A program made the translations under genes and the position numbers. From Chrysomallon squamiferum (lineage: Eukaryota; Animalia; Mollusca): a stretch of 64,000 bases of DNA. Position 1 is the first letter of the stretch. Every line of letters begins with the position of its first letter. Positions 14,588-28,362 of the stretch are shown here, one piece after another. The DNA is taken from the NCBI GenBank assembly GCA_012295275.1, contig CM022677.1, positions 9,300,001-9,364,000 on the forward strand. The letters are read 5' to 3'. The notes beneath the pieces were generated by a model that saw only the letters and a program-made list of their open reading frames with translations, did no database searches and was not told where the DNA came from.

Positions 14588-15102
14588 TTTCTAAAAAGCA
14601 GCGTAGGCACAGAAAAACTCAACGGAATCAAAATATTCGAAATCGTGAGCACTTATCAATATCCCGTCTGAGTTTGTATGCAGAAATCCCAAGTAAAAAA
14701 TATAACACGAGTCAATGAAAAGCGAACAAACGGCGCCCCCATGCGAAATACGTTTTCAGTGGAATAGCTAATTGGTAAGAAACGCCATCGCTAATCACGA
14801 TTATCTGCACATACCTAAATAAAGATTATTATGAATTATTCCGATAGAAATGAAAATATCAATACTTCAACAACAACCATTCAGTTTATATTTATGCAGA
14901 ACAAATTAATTGGTTACCCGTATAGAGGCTGAGTTTTTTAATTTTTATTATAGATCGAAATTTTATCGAACAGAAACATTAAAATTAATATTTTCTTCTT
15001 AATTTATATTCATCTTATTTTTATTTATTTATTTATTTATTATTATTTTTTTATTATGAATGTTTGGATTTACGTGTCATCAAGTCGCTAATGGCTGTAG
15101 AG

Positions 15103-15104
15103 TG

Positions 15105-15185
<81 letters not shown>
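15103..15185. repeat. Compound (GT)n(GA)n microsatellite
   Basis: Seen directly. Confidence 0.95.
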
Positions 15186-15187
<2 letters not shown>

Positions 15188-15327
15188 AGCTTATCTTTGT
15201 AACAATTTTAAGTTTCGTTCTGCCATTACAATGAACGTATCTCCGAATGAAAAAGTTCGGGGCTATAGCTCACCGCAAAGAAACAACAACAAAAACAACA
15301 GAACAAAAAAAATAAAAATAAAATAAA

Positions 15328-15362
<35 letters not shown>

Positions 15363-17531
15363 GGACATAAGAACATATAGAATTATTATTTTATTAATAA
15401 TGGTAAGAATAATTTTCAAAAAAGTGAGACACTGGCATATAATGGGTGATAGAAAAGATGCAGAAAACTGAAAGCATTGACATTGTAAATATTAACATGT
15501 TTAAACAAGTAAAAAATGATGTATAAATAAAAATATGGATGACATCTGAAATGAGATTTCTGAAGGCCAGGTTTCTAGTTGTAAACAGTGTTTTGTTACC
15601 AACTATTGTAAGAAAAATGATATATCTATTAATTTTAGTACAATTGTATTTTTTTATGTCATAATACTAAACAAAAGCTACCACTAATAATACTAATAAT
15701 AATAATAATCATCATCATATAATAATAAATTTCCTTCTTTTTTTAAGAATAAATTAATAATACTACTACTTAATAAAATTTAAAAAACAATTAAAAAAAG
15801 AACAAATAATAAGAATAAAAAATTAAATAATCACATTTATCCCATTTATGAATAACAATAAGACTTGAGTACCTGACATTAACTGCACACAGAGTATTAA
15901 TGGAAGTAGATGTAACTGAAACAAATGTATCATGATGGAATGTGCAGTTTACTCATATAAACCTGTTCAGTGAAAACACATGAAATTATTTTCTGCATAA
16001 CACTGAAATATATTTATAAAAGCATTAGAACATTTTTAAATTAACAACAAGCAAAAGATATTTTTTGTTTATATAAATATATACATACATAGGCAATAAC
16101 TGGTCTTATGATTTCATCTTTACTATGTGAAGGTTAGAACAGCATTTCCAGCAAGGCTCAGCCAAGTTTTGTTTGTCATTCAAAATTAAGCTGAACTTTT
16201 AAGACATTAACCATTATGTCTTATAAAACTAAATATTACAAAAAGTTGATGCTCTCAAAAGTAGTAGATTCATATGTATTGATTTTATCTTTGCCTACAA
16301 AAACAATGTATCAAAACAAAATAGGTCTTAAAAAAATCTATTATTTTGTAAATGAAAACTTTTTAAATTGGAAATAAACACTAAAAGAAATAACTTGTAC
16401 ACACTGTGTTTGTGAATAACAACTAACTTACTAAAGTAAAAATAGTTCTCTCCTTAAAAAAGCTATATATCTGGTCACTGAATAACCTATGGAAATTTAT
16501 ATTAATTGTCTTCTTTTAACAAAATCATTCAGAATGAATCAATATTCAACAATGCAATACTAATGGTCCATATTATTTGTAATACATTTCAAACAATTCA
16601 GTTATTTGCCAAATCCAGAATATTAAACACATTGCTTTTTCAAAAATTAGGAATAAATTGATATATTTTGAGTTTCATTTTAAATGAAATTATGTCAAGT
16701 GATTTTTTAAAAATTTAATTTTTACTAAGAATAGCAGACATGTTGCACAGGTTTTTGAAAAAATACCAAACTGTAATCTGAGGTTTTATTCCTAGAAAAC
16801 ACTATATATAACAATGAGCATTGTTTGTACATAAGTCTTAATGCTGGCTCAGCAACAACAAAATGGATCGGTCAGTAATGAATACTGTGGTACCAAAGTT
16901 ACAGCTGCTGGAAGAGTTGCCTAATACAAACGTGTCAGCATTTTTTTAACTTGAATAGCTAACACACAGATGAAAATAGATTTATTGATCCTTTAACAAA
17001 ACTTGTAATAAAATAGTTCTGGATAGGGAACTGGTAGATCAGCAGCGATGACAACATCAAAAATAATTACAGTAAACAAGGCTAGATTACACTGCTTTCA
17101 CAGGAGACTGACAAGACCTGAATGTGGAATGTATCAATGAAAATAATATTTGAAAATAAATGTCAGTGAAAAGAAAATGTTTTCTAGCTAAAGCAAGACA
17201 AGCATGAACAAAACATTTCACAAAATCAACATTTAACTTTCTTTCTTTGTATGATTGCTAGGAACTGCAACCAAATTCCCTGAGTTGCACATTATATTCA
17301 GAAGTTACATCATTTTTTTAAATTTGTTTAATTATATAAATATGGCAACAAATTTCAGGGATAACTGGATAGACCAGAAGGTAGACATTATTTAAAATGC
17401 AACAATCTTGTTCAGAATAAAATAAACAAAATTTCTATTATTATAGCTAAATAGTAACATGAAAAGCAAGTGTACAAAAATTCCAGTAATGATTAACAAA
17501 AATTCTAATGATGATTACTTCTTTTATTTAG

Positions 17532-17566
<35 letters not shown>

Positions 17567-18052
17567 TTAAAACCAAAACATTTACATGTCAAGAATTCAT
17601 TATCTGAAATGTCTGTGACTGCAAGTGTTTTGGTTTTTGAAATTAAAAGGAAATAACCAAAATTTAAGTCTAAATGCAAAATCCATGTATAAAAACATAT
17701 TATTAATTATACATTTTTAACAGAAAGGAAAAGATGGTGTGCAAATGTTTTCCTAACCTGTTTCGTATATGGCTTTCAGAGATAGCATGCATGATTTAAA
17801 AAAAAAAAAAAAAAAGCTTTGTTCATGAAATTAAGTCTGGACATGCTAAACCATCTGAAAACTGTATATATTACCATTTTGTCTGATCACAAAAAGTTTT
17901 ATTGTACATATGTTACATCATTTATAGATCATAATTTTACATAAGGGATTCACAACCTATATATATATATTTTCTAAAAAAATTAACAAAAAGTGTTATA
18001 AATTCTTTTTGAAAAAAAACTATATAAATAAAAAAACTAATAAAAAAAAACT

Positions 18053-18057
<5 letters not shown>

Positions 18058-18113
<56 letters not shown>

Positions 18114-18128
18114 TACATACATACATAC

Positions 18129-18192
<64 letters not shown>
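18058..18192. repeat. Compound (AT)n/(ACAT)n/(ACATAT)n microsatellite
   Basis: Seen directly. Confidence 0.93.
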
Positions 18193-18197
<5 letters not shown>

Positions 18198-18551
18198 AAA
18201 AAAAAAGACCTTGAATAAATGATAAATAAGTAAAAGCTGCCAAATCTATTTCCTAAACATATATTCTTTCCATTCTTTACAATCATAGATATTATGTAAT
18301 GGAAAGTAATGTAGATTGTGCAAACTTACCAATATATATATATATAAAATTAAAAAGAGGTTTCACAGCAAAAGATTAAATTAATTTTATATAATCTATT
18401 GGGATGGAAATGAAGTCCATGGCTTTTTCAAAACAAAATTCACAGATGGTATTTAGATATTGTACATAGATTTCATGATTCCATCCTCCATGTCATTTTT
18501 CTGAGTGATGAAATGGTTTAAATATTATGAACTTTTCTTTCAAATATATAT

Positions 18552-18559
18552 GTGTGTGG

Positions 18560-18612
<53 letters not shown>

Positions 18613-18686
18613 TGTGTGTGTGTGTGTGTGTGTGTGAATTTATATATATATATACAGAGAGAGAGAGAGAGAAAGAGAGAAAGAGA
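18552..18686. repeat. (GT)n/(AT)n/(GA)n microsatellites just 3' of the TIR gene stop
   Basis: Seen directly. Confidence 0.93.
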
Positions 18687-18692
18687 TAAAAA

Positions 18693-21600
18693 TCAGTGCA
18701 TCTGTTCCAGTGCTGCAGCAAGTCTCAACATGTCAATCAAACCCAGGTTTAGTCGTTTCTCAAGGCACTGGTAGAAATAATCAGGCGCCTGCAATAACAA
18801 TATAATTATCATAGAACACAAAACAGAATAGAATAAACTTAACCAGAAATAATATTTTTATTTTTAAACATATGTGTTTATGACGAAGTAAGACAGCATT
18901 AAACATAACCAGAACATTTCTTCGAGGATAAACAGTAATAAACAAAAATAGCAGTACCTCTTATTTCATTTCTTTGAGGTTAAACAGTAATAAACAAAAA
19001 TAGTGTACCTCTTGTTTCATTTCTTTGAGGTTAAACAGTAAGAAATAAAAATAGCAGTACCTCTTGTTTCATTTCTTTGAGCTGCCAAACAAGCTGTCCA
19101 TCAAACTGATTAAATAACGTCAGACAACTGAAAAAACCCAAAACACATAGATATATTTCTAATTTTATATTTTTTTATTTATATTAAATAATCTGGTAGG
19201 CAGTCAATTGATTGTTAAGTCCTGAATGATTTAAACTGAATAACTGTTTCTAATCTGTAAAACAATCATGTTATACAACTTTTAGGTCTGTTGTTAATTT
19301 CAAGACTTCGTCCAAACTGATTTTAGACTAATTTTTAGAAACAATATTCTTATTGCTTGTCTTTAGAGCTTCCTCCCTGTGGCTGCTTTAACTCAGAATA
19401 AATTATCTCCTTTAGATCAACTTTTAGTAGTTCTTTTGAGACTTAGCAATGATTTTCACAAGTTTCCTTCAGTTAAAAGTTTTCTGCTCTAGGTTAACAA
19501 AAATGTATTGTGAATGGGCTTTTTTTTAATCAACAAAATTGGACCCTAATTCGTATTATATCATCTGTTTACATCATATTATTACAGTAATGATTAATAA
19601 ATTTCAAATAGCTTAAACAGTTTATAAAAGTATTTTAAGTGGAAGGCTACTGTCAAACTCTATTCATAACATATTTATATTTATTTTTAAAATAAAGTCA
19701 GAGTTCATACAATGCTATTATGTGCTGGAATGAGGGACTCACATCTTGATTATTGCCAGACTAGTTCAATAAACTGTAAATACTGTAGAAATGTATCTTT
19801 AAAAGTCTTGAAATCAATTTTTGAAAGAGAAAAGTAACATTAAACTTCTAAGAAACGCCTACTTTTCTAACTGGTTTGCCAACAGCCACTTCTGTACATC
19901 ATCCTGTGTCATCTGAGTGTGAGGAGGAAGCGGTTCACTCTGTGTGATGCTGTAGTTGGTGCGGTGAGGATTTCCTTTCAATGTGTCCACTGTTGTCATT
20001 ACTTCTGCCGGTGCATCAACATCGTCTGAAATATTGAGTGCAAAATCTGTTTATTGCTATCTGCATTATAATAAATTTACTGAAACTTGATAATTATTTT
20101 TAACTAAGTTTTATAACAGCAAACATAACAGCTGTATTCTAAATAACACATTTAACAACAACATGTTCTAGTAATAATACATAAAAAATAACAACGTCAG
20201 TAAGTCCTAATAATAAAACACTTAACAATTCCAGGTTCTAGTAACACTAGGTTTTAATAACAATACTAGGTTTTAGTAAGAAAACTGTGCTCTAGTAACA
20301 ACACTAGATTCTAATAACAAAGTAACAGTATCAATAACACTCTTACCTATACTTTGTTGTGCACTGACAGAGCCTTTCTGTCCACGACCTCGCAGTTCTT
20401 TGAGCAGACCTGACATGGACTTCTCAAATGGATATTTTCCACTAAAGTCAAAGAAAAGTTTTGCCCCAAGAATCAGTCCCAGCCACCCGTCCGGCCTGTA
20501 TTTTCTCTGCATCATCAGTGGTATGTAGTCTTTACGTAACTGGAATGTGTACTCTGCCTCTAAATATTAAAAAATAAAATAAAATAAAATAAATAAATAG
20601 ATAAATAATAATTATAATAATAATTACAATAATAATGATGATGATGGTAATATAATAATAAATAATAATAATAATAATAATATGATGATGATGATGATAT
20701 AAAAATCATTTTAATAAAAGTGTAATAAACCTGATCTGAATTTCTCACGTAATTTTGTAAGCTTGATCACTGGTTTCAGAAAACAAAAAAAGAATTTAAA
20801 ACTTGTTTTGAAAACTCTGCATTCATAAAATCAGCTTTAATGGATCGCAAATTTCTGAGTGACGTTAAATAACCTATTTCTCTTTAAGACTGAGAGTTAG
20901 CAAAATCGAAATTAAAACAACTGCGTAAGAACTACAGTGTTTATTTAATTATTATTTAAAGACACCCTGTGTCGTAACAGTTTGTTAAAAATACCTGTGC
21001 GGCAGTTTGGACTCTGTTTATACTTTTCTGACATGCACACTAAGACTACTGCAGCATTTTCAATAGCTGTGGCCATTGCCTCCAGTGTAGACCCACCCAT
21101 TTGCTCAATGTCAATCCAAACTGAATAACCCTCTGCCTGCAAAAACGCATTAAAACATTTTTTTGTCATTGCTATAATCCTATGCATCTTTCCAAGTTAA
21201 TTAAACCAAAAAAGTGAAATCTAGCTAACAAAATGAAATCCTATTTAATATCATGGCTCCATTTTGAAGTATATTTAAAAAAGAAGAATATTATTCTGAA
21301 TGATCTCTTTCTGTCATAATACACTGGCTTCCCCAGTCAAAACAGATGTCTGACAATGTCACTGCATCTGTAGTCAGCAATATTATCTGTTGTATAACTC
21401 ATATAATACTCCTTAGCAAAACATTTCATTAACTTTGTGGTAGAAAGTCAATGGTTATGTTAACAAATAAACAATTTAAAAGTAATGTGCAATTCTCTAA
21501 TGAAATGGATAAAAAATATATTAATAATAAAATAGAAAGTTTGCTATAAAAGTTTAATATAACTGATATACCTTCCATAGTCAAAAGAAAAAATATCAGT

Positions 21601-21776
21601 TTATTTTAAAACATTTTACTTTTGTTTTGTCACACACTGTTCTAATTGCTGTTTTAATTCACAAATAGTGTCTATAATGTATTTATTTCTCATGTGAGTA
21701 ATTAAAAACTATTAAATAAAAACAGATTTGAAACAAACTATATGATTATGAAAATATTTAACAAATACTTTTTACA

Positions 21777-21815
<39 letters not shown>

Positions 21816-22758
21816 AATAAATAAATAAATAAAAATAATAATATACCAAAAAGATTCATTGCACCATATGTCAATATATTTCCCCTGGACTTAATGAACT
21901 GAAAACAAAGTTTCTTACCTTCAGTTTGTTGAGTATCTCTTTAGCCTGCTGCTGGTCACTCCAAGAATAACTAATGAAAATGTGGTTTTTGGTTTTTACT
22001 GCTGATTTTGGACCTGATTTGAAAAAAATTGTTAGATAAATAAACAAATAAATAATTAAATAAACTAATAAACAAGTAAAAACCAAACAAATAAATTTTC
22101 AAATAAATAAAGGACCACATAAGCAAACAAGCAATAACAAAAAATACAAACAAACAAATAAATAAAACAAATAATAAATAAGCAAATAAATAAATAAAGA
22201 AAGAAAGAAAGAAAGAAAGAAGGTAAAAAGAAGAAAGAAGGACAGTTCATTACAAATAAGAGGAGCAGTTATTCAGCCTAGAGATGATTCCTACTAAACA
22301 AATAGCATACTGTGACTATTATTATTTTTTATTAAAAATAAAATCACTGGGATGCACATTCTGTTTGATCAAGCTGAGAAATGTAAATTGATTAATCTAG
22401 TTCTCTGTGAACTGAACCAAACAATGTAATAATACAAATATGAGTAATGATCTGTTAAGTTATCAACTGCTGTGGCCATGTGACTATAGTTACATTCATT
22501 AAAATGGTTCTTGATGAAAATCACTGATTTAGGGTTATCTATATCACTATATCACCTATGGTATTTAATAAAATTGTTTCACTATACGAGTCAGGCTGAA
22601 AGCAGAATGCTTTATTATAAAAAATCTTTTGAGACTTTTTCTCTCTGAGACTTTTTTATTTTGAGTTTGATATTAAACAGATTAAAGTGCCAATATAAAT
22701 TTCACAGTAACTGGAAAATCTACAGATAAATATAAAATGTTTAAAGAACAAACAGGTG

Positions 22759-22808
<50 letters not shown>

Positions 22809-22815
22809 GTGTGAG

Positions 22816-22871
<56 letters not shown>

Positions 22872-25829
22872 TGTATGTGTGAATGCATGCATGTGATAAA
22901 GCATATACAAACAAGACTTACGTTCACTTGTAGGATCAATTTCTCCTTTCAGTATCCACAATGCACCACTGGCATTTTTGTGTACTTCCTTATCTGAACT
23001 TTCTGATAGTTTTTCTAATGTTGGCACAAGATTGTCAAACTCAACAAGTTTTTGTTTCACTCCCTTGTCAAACGACAGAGTCCATATACACCTCGCAGCA
23101 ACACTGTGTTCTCTAACATCATCATGTAACAACATCTTCATAAACAACGGTATAGCACCTTCTTCTATTATCTGAAATTTGTAAATATTAAAATATTTAC
23201 CAGAACAGAATACAAATCTCTTTGATTATAAGTATTAAAGCAAATTTCAGTATTTTTGGGTGGGATGAACCAAGAGTCTAAACTAAAAAAAATTGGGTTT
23301 TTGTTTTTTAAAAATTGGTAACTGATTAGAATGTCATAAACCATGGCATAATTTTAGGAATAGGGGAAAAAAAAAACAAATGATATAATAGTATTATTAT
23401 AAACCAACTCACTCTTGATTTGTTGCCATCATTGACAGCTAGTTTGTCTAGACCCTGAGTTAATTCTGTAGGACTAAAGCCTTTAAATCGCCGTTTTGGA
23501 CTATCCAAAGCTTTCTCTATCCATAGCACTATATTCTTAATAGTTCCTGAACAGAAAATATAATTGTTTACAAAGAAAACTCATTTTTTTCAAATCACAG
23601 AAACTTTTCATGAACTGCAGCCAACTGTAAACAAACTAAATTAAATTTGTCCTTTAGTAAAATTCTTTATACAGAATAACAAAGATTGTTATTAATTTAA
23701 AAGAAGTTCTAGGTTTCATTAGCTTTGGTAAATTTGTTTTATTATAAATATAATAATAATAATAGTTTTTAAATTCTTTATATTTTTAATCTTTTATTAT
23801 TAATTACATTAAACTTACAAATTGATGAAAACATATTATTAATTATAAATTTTTAACAGAAAGGAAAAGATGTTGAGGAAATGTTTTCCTAACCTGTTTC
23901 ATCTATAAGTTTGCCATTGTCTTCTTCCTCCACAATGTACGCTAATGTCAGCATCGCCAACACCTTCAGCATGTCATCATTCATTGTTATAAATGGCATG
24001 ATGACCTGTCACCAAAAATATTCATATTCTTTATTTAATCAAGAGAACATAGCATACATTTAGTGTCATTTTCAGGAAATGTAAACACAACATAATGTTT
24101 ACAGAAATGTGAAATCATACATACTTAAGACTTTTTTTTAAGTACACTCAAAACCTAAAAAGACTGGTTTTTGAGAGGATACTTCAAATAAAACATATAT
24201 ATAATTAACAAAATATAAAAAAAGAAGAAAAAAAGAAAAACGTAAAATTAAAATAAAATAAAGATATGTAAAAACAAACTAACAAAAGTAATAAAACTGT
24301 CAAGTTTACAAATTAAAATTAATTACATCTGATGTTTTGTTTTCTTTAAAGAATGTCTTGGCAACTGGATTTCTGGCAATGTTGTGTAGAATACTCATGG
24401 AGGCTTTGATCACATAGTACACATTCTGAAAAACAACAGAAAACATTTGTCTTTGTTATTTTCAAAGACAGACATATTTTATTATCTTGCCAGTATACTG
24501 AGATAAAAATATATTAATAGTAACATGCTATGTACTGCACAGAAATACATATATATTAATACTAACCTTTCTGTGTACTACACTGAGATAAAGATATATT
24601 AATACTAACACTGCTATGATCTGCACTGAGATAAATATATATTATTACTAACCTTGCTATGTACTGCACTGAGATAAGGTTTGTGACCACAATTCAGAGT
24701 TAACAATCTTACTGCATCTGCTTCTGCTAAATTCTGAAAAAATAAATATACAAAATAAACCCAATAATGTCATTATAATTATTTTTTGATATAAAAAAAT
24801 TTATTGTCAGATATTTTATTCATAAACTGTTTAAGTGTAACGGTTTTATTTCTGATCATAGCAGTTAATATAGAAATTAACATCTAATAACTCAGTTTGC
24901 TTTAAGCTATTGCATAATATGCTTACCAATTTAAAGAGAAGGAAATAATAAAAATATTTGTGCTCAAAATCTTTACTTATTAATTTTCACTCTATCTGAC
25001 AAATGTAAAATGATTACTTTTCTCTCTGACATTTCAACTGTAGTTTTATATAAACAGATTACTATCTTACTAACTTACTTTGGCTAACAGCTCACTGCAG
25101 TCTGAGTAGTTCCAGGTTGTGTTGTATGTGTAGTATGTAGGGAACCAGACATCATCATTCTTAAAAATACCAATAGTGTTCAGTCCCTTTAAGATCCGAA
25201 CAGTTATTGCTGTAATAAGAAATTCAGTCTATTAATACAAATGTCATGAAAGTGTTTCATTATCCCTTTCCATTATCCAATTTTAAATTTTAAAAATGAA
25301 TCACACTCACAGAGTATTATAATATACATATATATATATACATAAAATACATAGATATAAAAATATTGGTAACAGTTAAAATTAAAAGGATAATAACATT
25401 CCTAGTTATCTGAGACAAATGTCTAAGTTCAAACATATAGTAATTACAACTGACCTGCATAACCAGCCTCAGCTATGGCATCACCTATCTGTTTTCTGTG
25501 AGACGTGTAATCCCAGTAGAAATCTCCCAGACATTTCTGTAACTGCATCACCTCAGATCTGTTAAACTCAACAAACTTGTCCAGCTCTGAGACTATTGCT
25601 TTAGCCTTTTCAACTACATCTTCTATAGGCAAATGTTTGAGATTTTTCCTGTCCTCTACCAAGCTGCCATTAACCTGGGTGGAATTTTGATTGGTAAACT
25701 GTTTTTCTGTTTGTTTCTGACTTGATGCTTGGTTTTGATTAGAGGTTGTCTTGGAAGCTGACTGGTTGGCATCCTGTACATTTGTATACATGCTGCTGTC
25801 TATAGAGTCTTGCACACTGATCGGACCAT
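18693..25829 (-). CDS. ARM-repeat + TIR + C-terminal SAM-like domain protein (13 shared coding exons)
   Basis: GT-AG, phase-consistent exons: 25455-25829, 25079-25209, 24653-24733, 24327-24425, 23894-24005, 23413-23546, 22922-23171 (ARM-like: IIEEGAIPLFMKML..AARCIWTLSF..NASGALWIL), 21919-22013 (TIR box 1 HIFISYSW), 20995-21136 (GYSVWIDIEQMGG..VCMSEKYKQSPNCRT), 20347-20559 (EAEY..IPLMMQ..PDGWLG), 19863-20025, 19061-19127, 18693-18788 (SAM-like DVQKWL..FDGQLVWQL..LGLIDMLRL, TGA). Confidence 0.92.
18915..19080. repeat. 51-52-bp tandem repeat (3 copies) containing a splice donor
   Basis: Unit aaacagtaataaacaaaaatagcagtacctcttgtttcatttctttgaggtt; the rightmost copy is the 3' end of exon 19061-19127. 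Confidence 0.9.
22762..22881. repeat. Interrupted (GT)n microsatellite
   Basis: Seen directly. Confidence 0.93.
24487..24678. repeat. Degenerate ~42-bp tandem repeat (about 5 copies) containing a splice donor
   Basis: Unit ~tgctatgtactgcactgagataaatatatattaatactaacc; the rightmost copy is the 3' end of exon 24653-24733. Confidence 0.82.
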
Positions 25830-27328
25830 CTGAGAAATAAAATAATGGAGAAGTGAATAAACATCAGACTATTGATTAAGTCATTAAACACTAATACAAC
25901 AATAGATAATTTGTGTGCACGATACTGAAATGTGGTGGACTAAGCCTCTTCATGTAAATGAATTTATAGTAACAAGAGCACACCATATATATTTAATCTT
26001 ATACTGTTTATGACAACAAACTGAAACAAACTTTTTACAAATACAATATCGACAACAATTATGAAGTTGTTAATATTTTAAAATTAAAATTAATAAAATA
26101 GTGCAGGTGATAATAATCATGATCACATGACTATCTGGGTTGCTCTTTCTGCTGGCAATATCCCACCCAGCAATTTCCCATTCATCAGGCCTCTAAGGAG
26201 CTAATCAGCAACATAGAAAGAACAAACAGTGTTATTAAATGAACCAATGTAAACAATTGTACAGCCTCTGCCAGGTGTACAAAGAGAAGTTAAGTAGCAC
26301 ATCTACAATGTAATTTCAAATTTAATTTCCTCTTTCTGGATGCTGATGTAATCAAGATGCTGAATCTACACTAACTGAAAGAAAGACCCCTTAATAGACA
26401 GGCTGTTTAAAGGTTTTGAGGGCTGGAAGATCAACACTCCAATTAATTGCCTGGAGAATAATAAACAACTTGTATTTTCACAATCTTCTGTGGCAGGAAA
26501 TAGTTATTCTGAGATGAAGATGTGGATGCTGTCTTCATCTTGAAGTACAATCCTGATTTTGTATCCTTCACAAATACAGAAATGAAATGTAGAAAAAACA
26601 GTTAGCCACTGTTGTATGCCCTTGACTTAATCTTAGGGCTAGATACGTGAACTACTTACCAAGTGAAAAAAATATATTAAAAATATGGAATATTGAAATG
26701 AAATGCAAAATAAGGTTTTTTAAGGAAAATAAATAAATATATGAAAAAAATAGAACAACAAAAAACCCCAAACACTCATGGATACAAGTGTTTAGCTAAA
26801 TGCTGAGCTTTGGTTTCTATCAAACGTCCTTTGATGCCAATGCACGAATCAAAAATGACAAACAAAAAAGTATGAACAAAATAATAATTACAAATAAAAT
26901 AAAATATAAACAAAATAATAATCACAAACAAAATAAAATATAAACAAATTAATAATCACCAATAAAATAAAATAATAACAATCACAAATAAAACACAGTT
27001 TATGAAAATCAAAGATAAACTTACATATGGTGGTAATGTCTGAAGTCTTTAAAACAATAAAAATATACAAATTGGCTACATTTTGAAATTCTCTGTAAAC
27101 AAGTAATTTATATATTAAAAATAATTGATCACATGCACTAGACTGGCCCCTATTTACAAATGTAACTATTTACATATATTCAACATACTGTACTATTAAA
27201 CTGTTTAAGTTTATCTAACACTATAAGCATAAAGAATTAATGAATATTTACTTTACTTAACAACATTTGTATTATTAATGGTCAGCATGTGTTTTCTGTT
27301 TAATGATATGGAAGCATGTGTCACTACT

Positions 27329-28362
27329 CATTAGCAAATGTTATCAGTCAGCAGTAAAAGATATTTTACATTAGCAAATGTTATCAGTCAGCAGTAAAAG
27401 ATATTTTACATCAGCAAATGTTATCAGTCAGCAGTAAAAGATATTTTACATCAGCAAATGTTATCAGTCAGCAGTAAGATATTTTACATCAGCAAATGTT
27501 ATCAGTCAGCAGTAAGATATTTTAATCAGCATATCTTTCCAGTCAGCAGTAACAGATATTTTATATTAGCAAATCTTATCATTCAGCATTAACAGATATT
27601 TTACATTAGCAGATCTTATTGTGCTGCAGTAAGAGATATTTTACATTAGCAGATCTTATTGTGCTGCAGTAAGATATATTTTACATTAGCAGATCTTATT
27701 GTGCTGCAGTAAGAGGTATTTTACATTAGCTGATCTTATTGTGCTGCAGTAACAGATATTTTACATTAACAAATCTTATTGTGATGCAGTAAGAAATATT
27801 TTACATTAGCAGATCTTATTGTGCTGCAGTAACAGATATTTTACATTAGCAAATCTTATCAGTCAGCAGTAACAGATATTTTACATTAGCAAATATTATC
27901 AGTCAGCAGTAAGAGATATTTTACATTAGCAGATCTTATTGTGCTGCAGTAACATATATTTTACATTAGCAAATCTTATCAGTCAGCAGTAAGAGGTATT
28001 TTACATTAGCAAATCTTATTGTGCTGCAGTAAGAGATATTTTACATTAGCAAATCTTATCAGTCAGCAGTAAGAGGTATTTTACATTAGCAGATCTTATT
28101 GTGCTGCAGTAACAGATATTTTACATTAACAAATCTTATCAGTCAGCAGTAAGAGGTATTTTACATTAGCAGATCTTATTGTGCTGCAGTAAGAGATATT
28201 TTACATTAGCAAATCTTATCAGTCAGCAGTAACAGATATTTTACATTAGCAAATCTTATCAGTCAGCAGTAAGAGGTATTTTACATTAGCAGATCTTATT
28301 GTGCTGCAGTAACAGATATTTTACATTAGCAAATCTTATCAGTCAGCAATAAGAGATATTTT
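27329..28362. repeat. 40-bp minisatellite (~26 copies, two variant types)
   Basis: agcaaatcttatcagtcagcagtaacagatattttacatt is interspersed with agcagatcttattgtgctgcagtaagagatattttacatt. Confidence 0.95.

Noticed and set aside
18693-25829. Naming the TIR gene SARM1, MyD88 or a TLR
   Set aside because: The domain order differs from SARM1, and there is no death domain, LRR or transmembrane segment.
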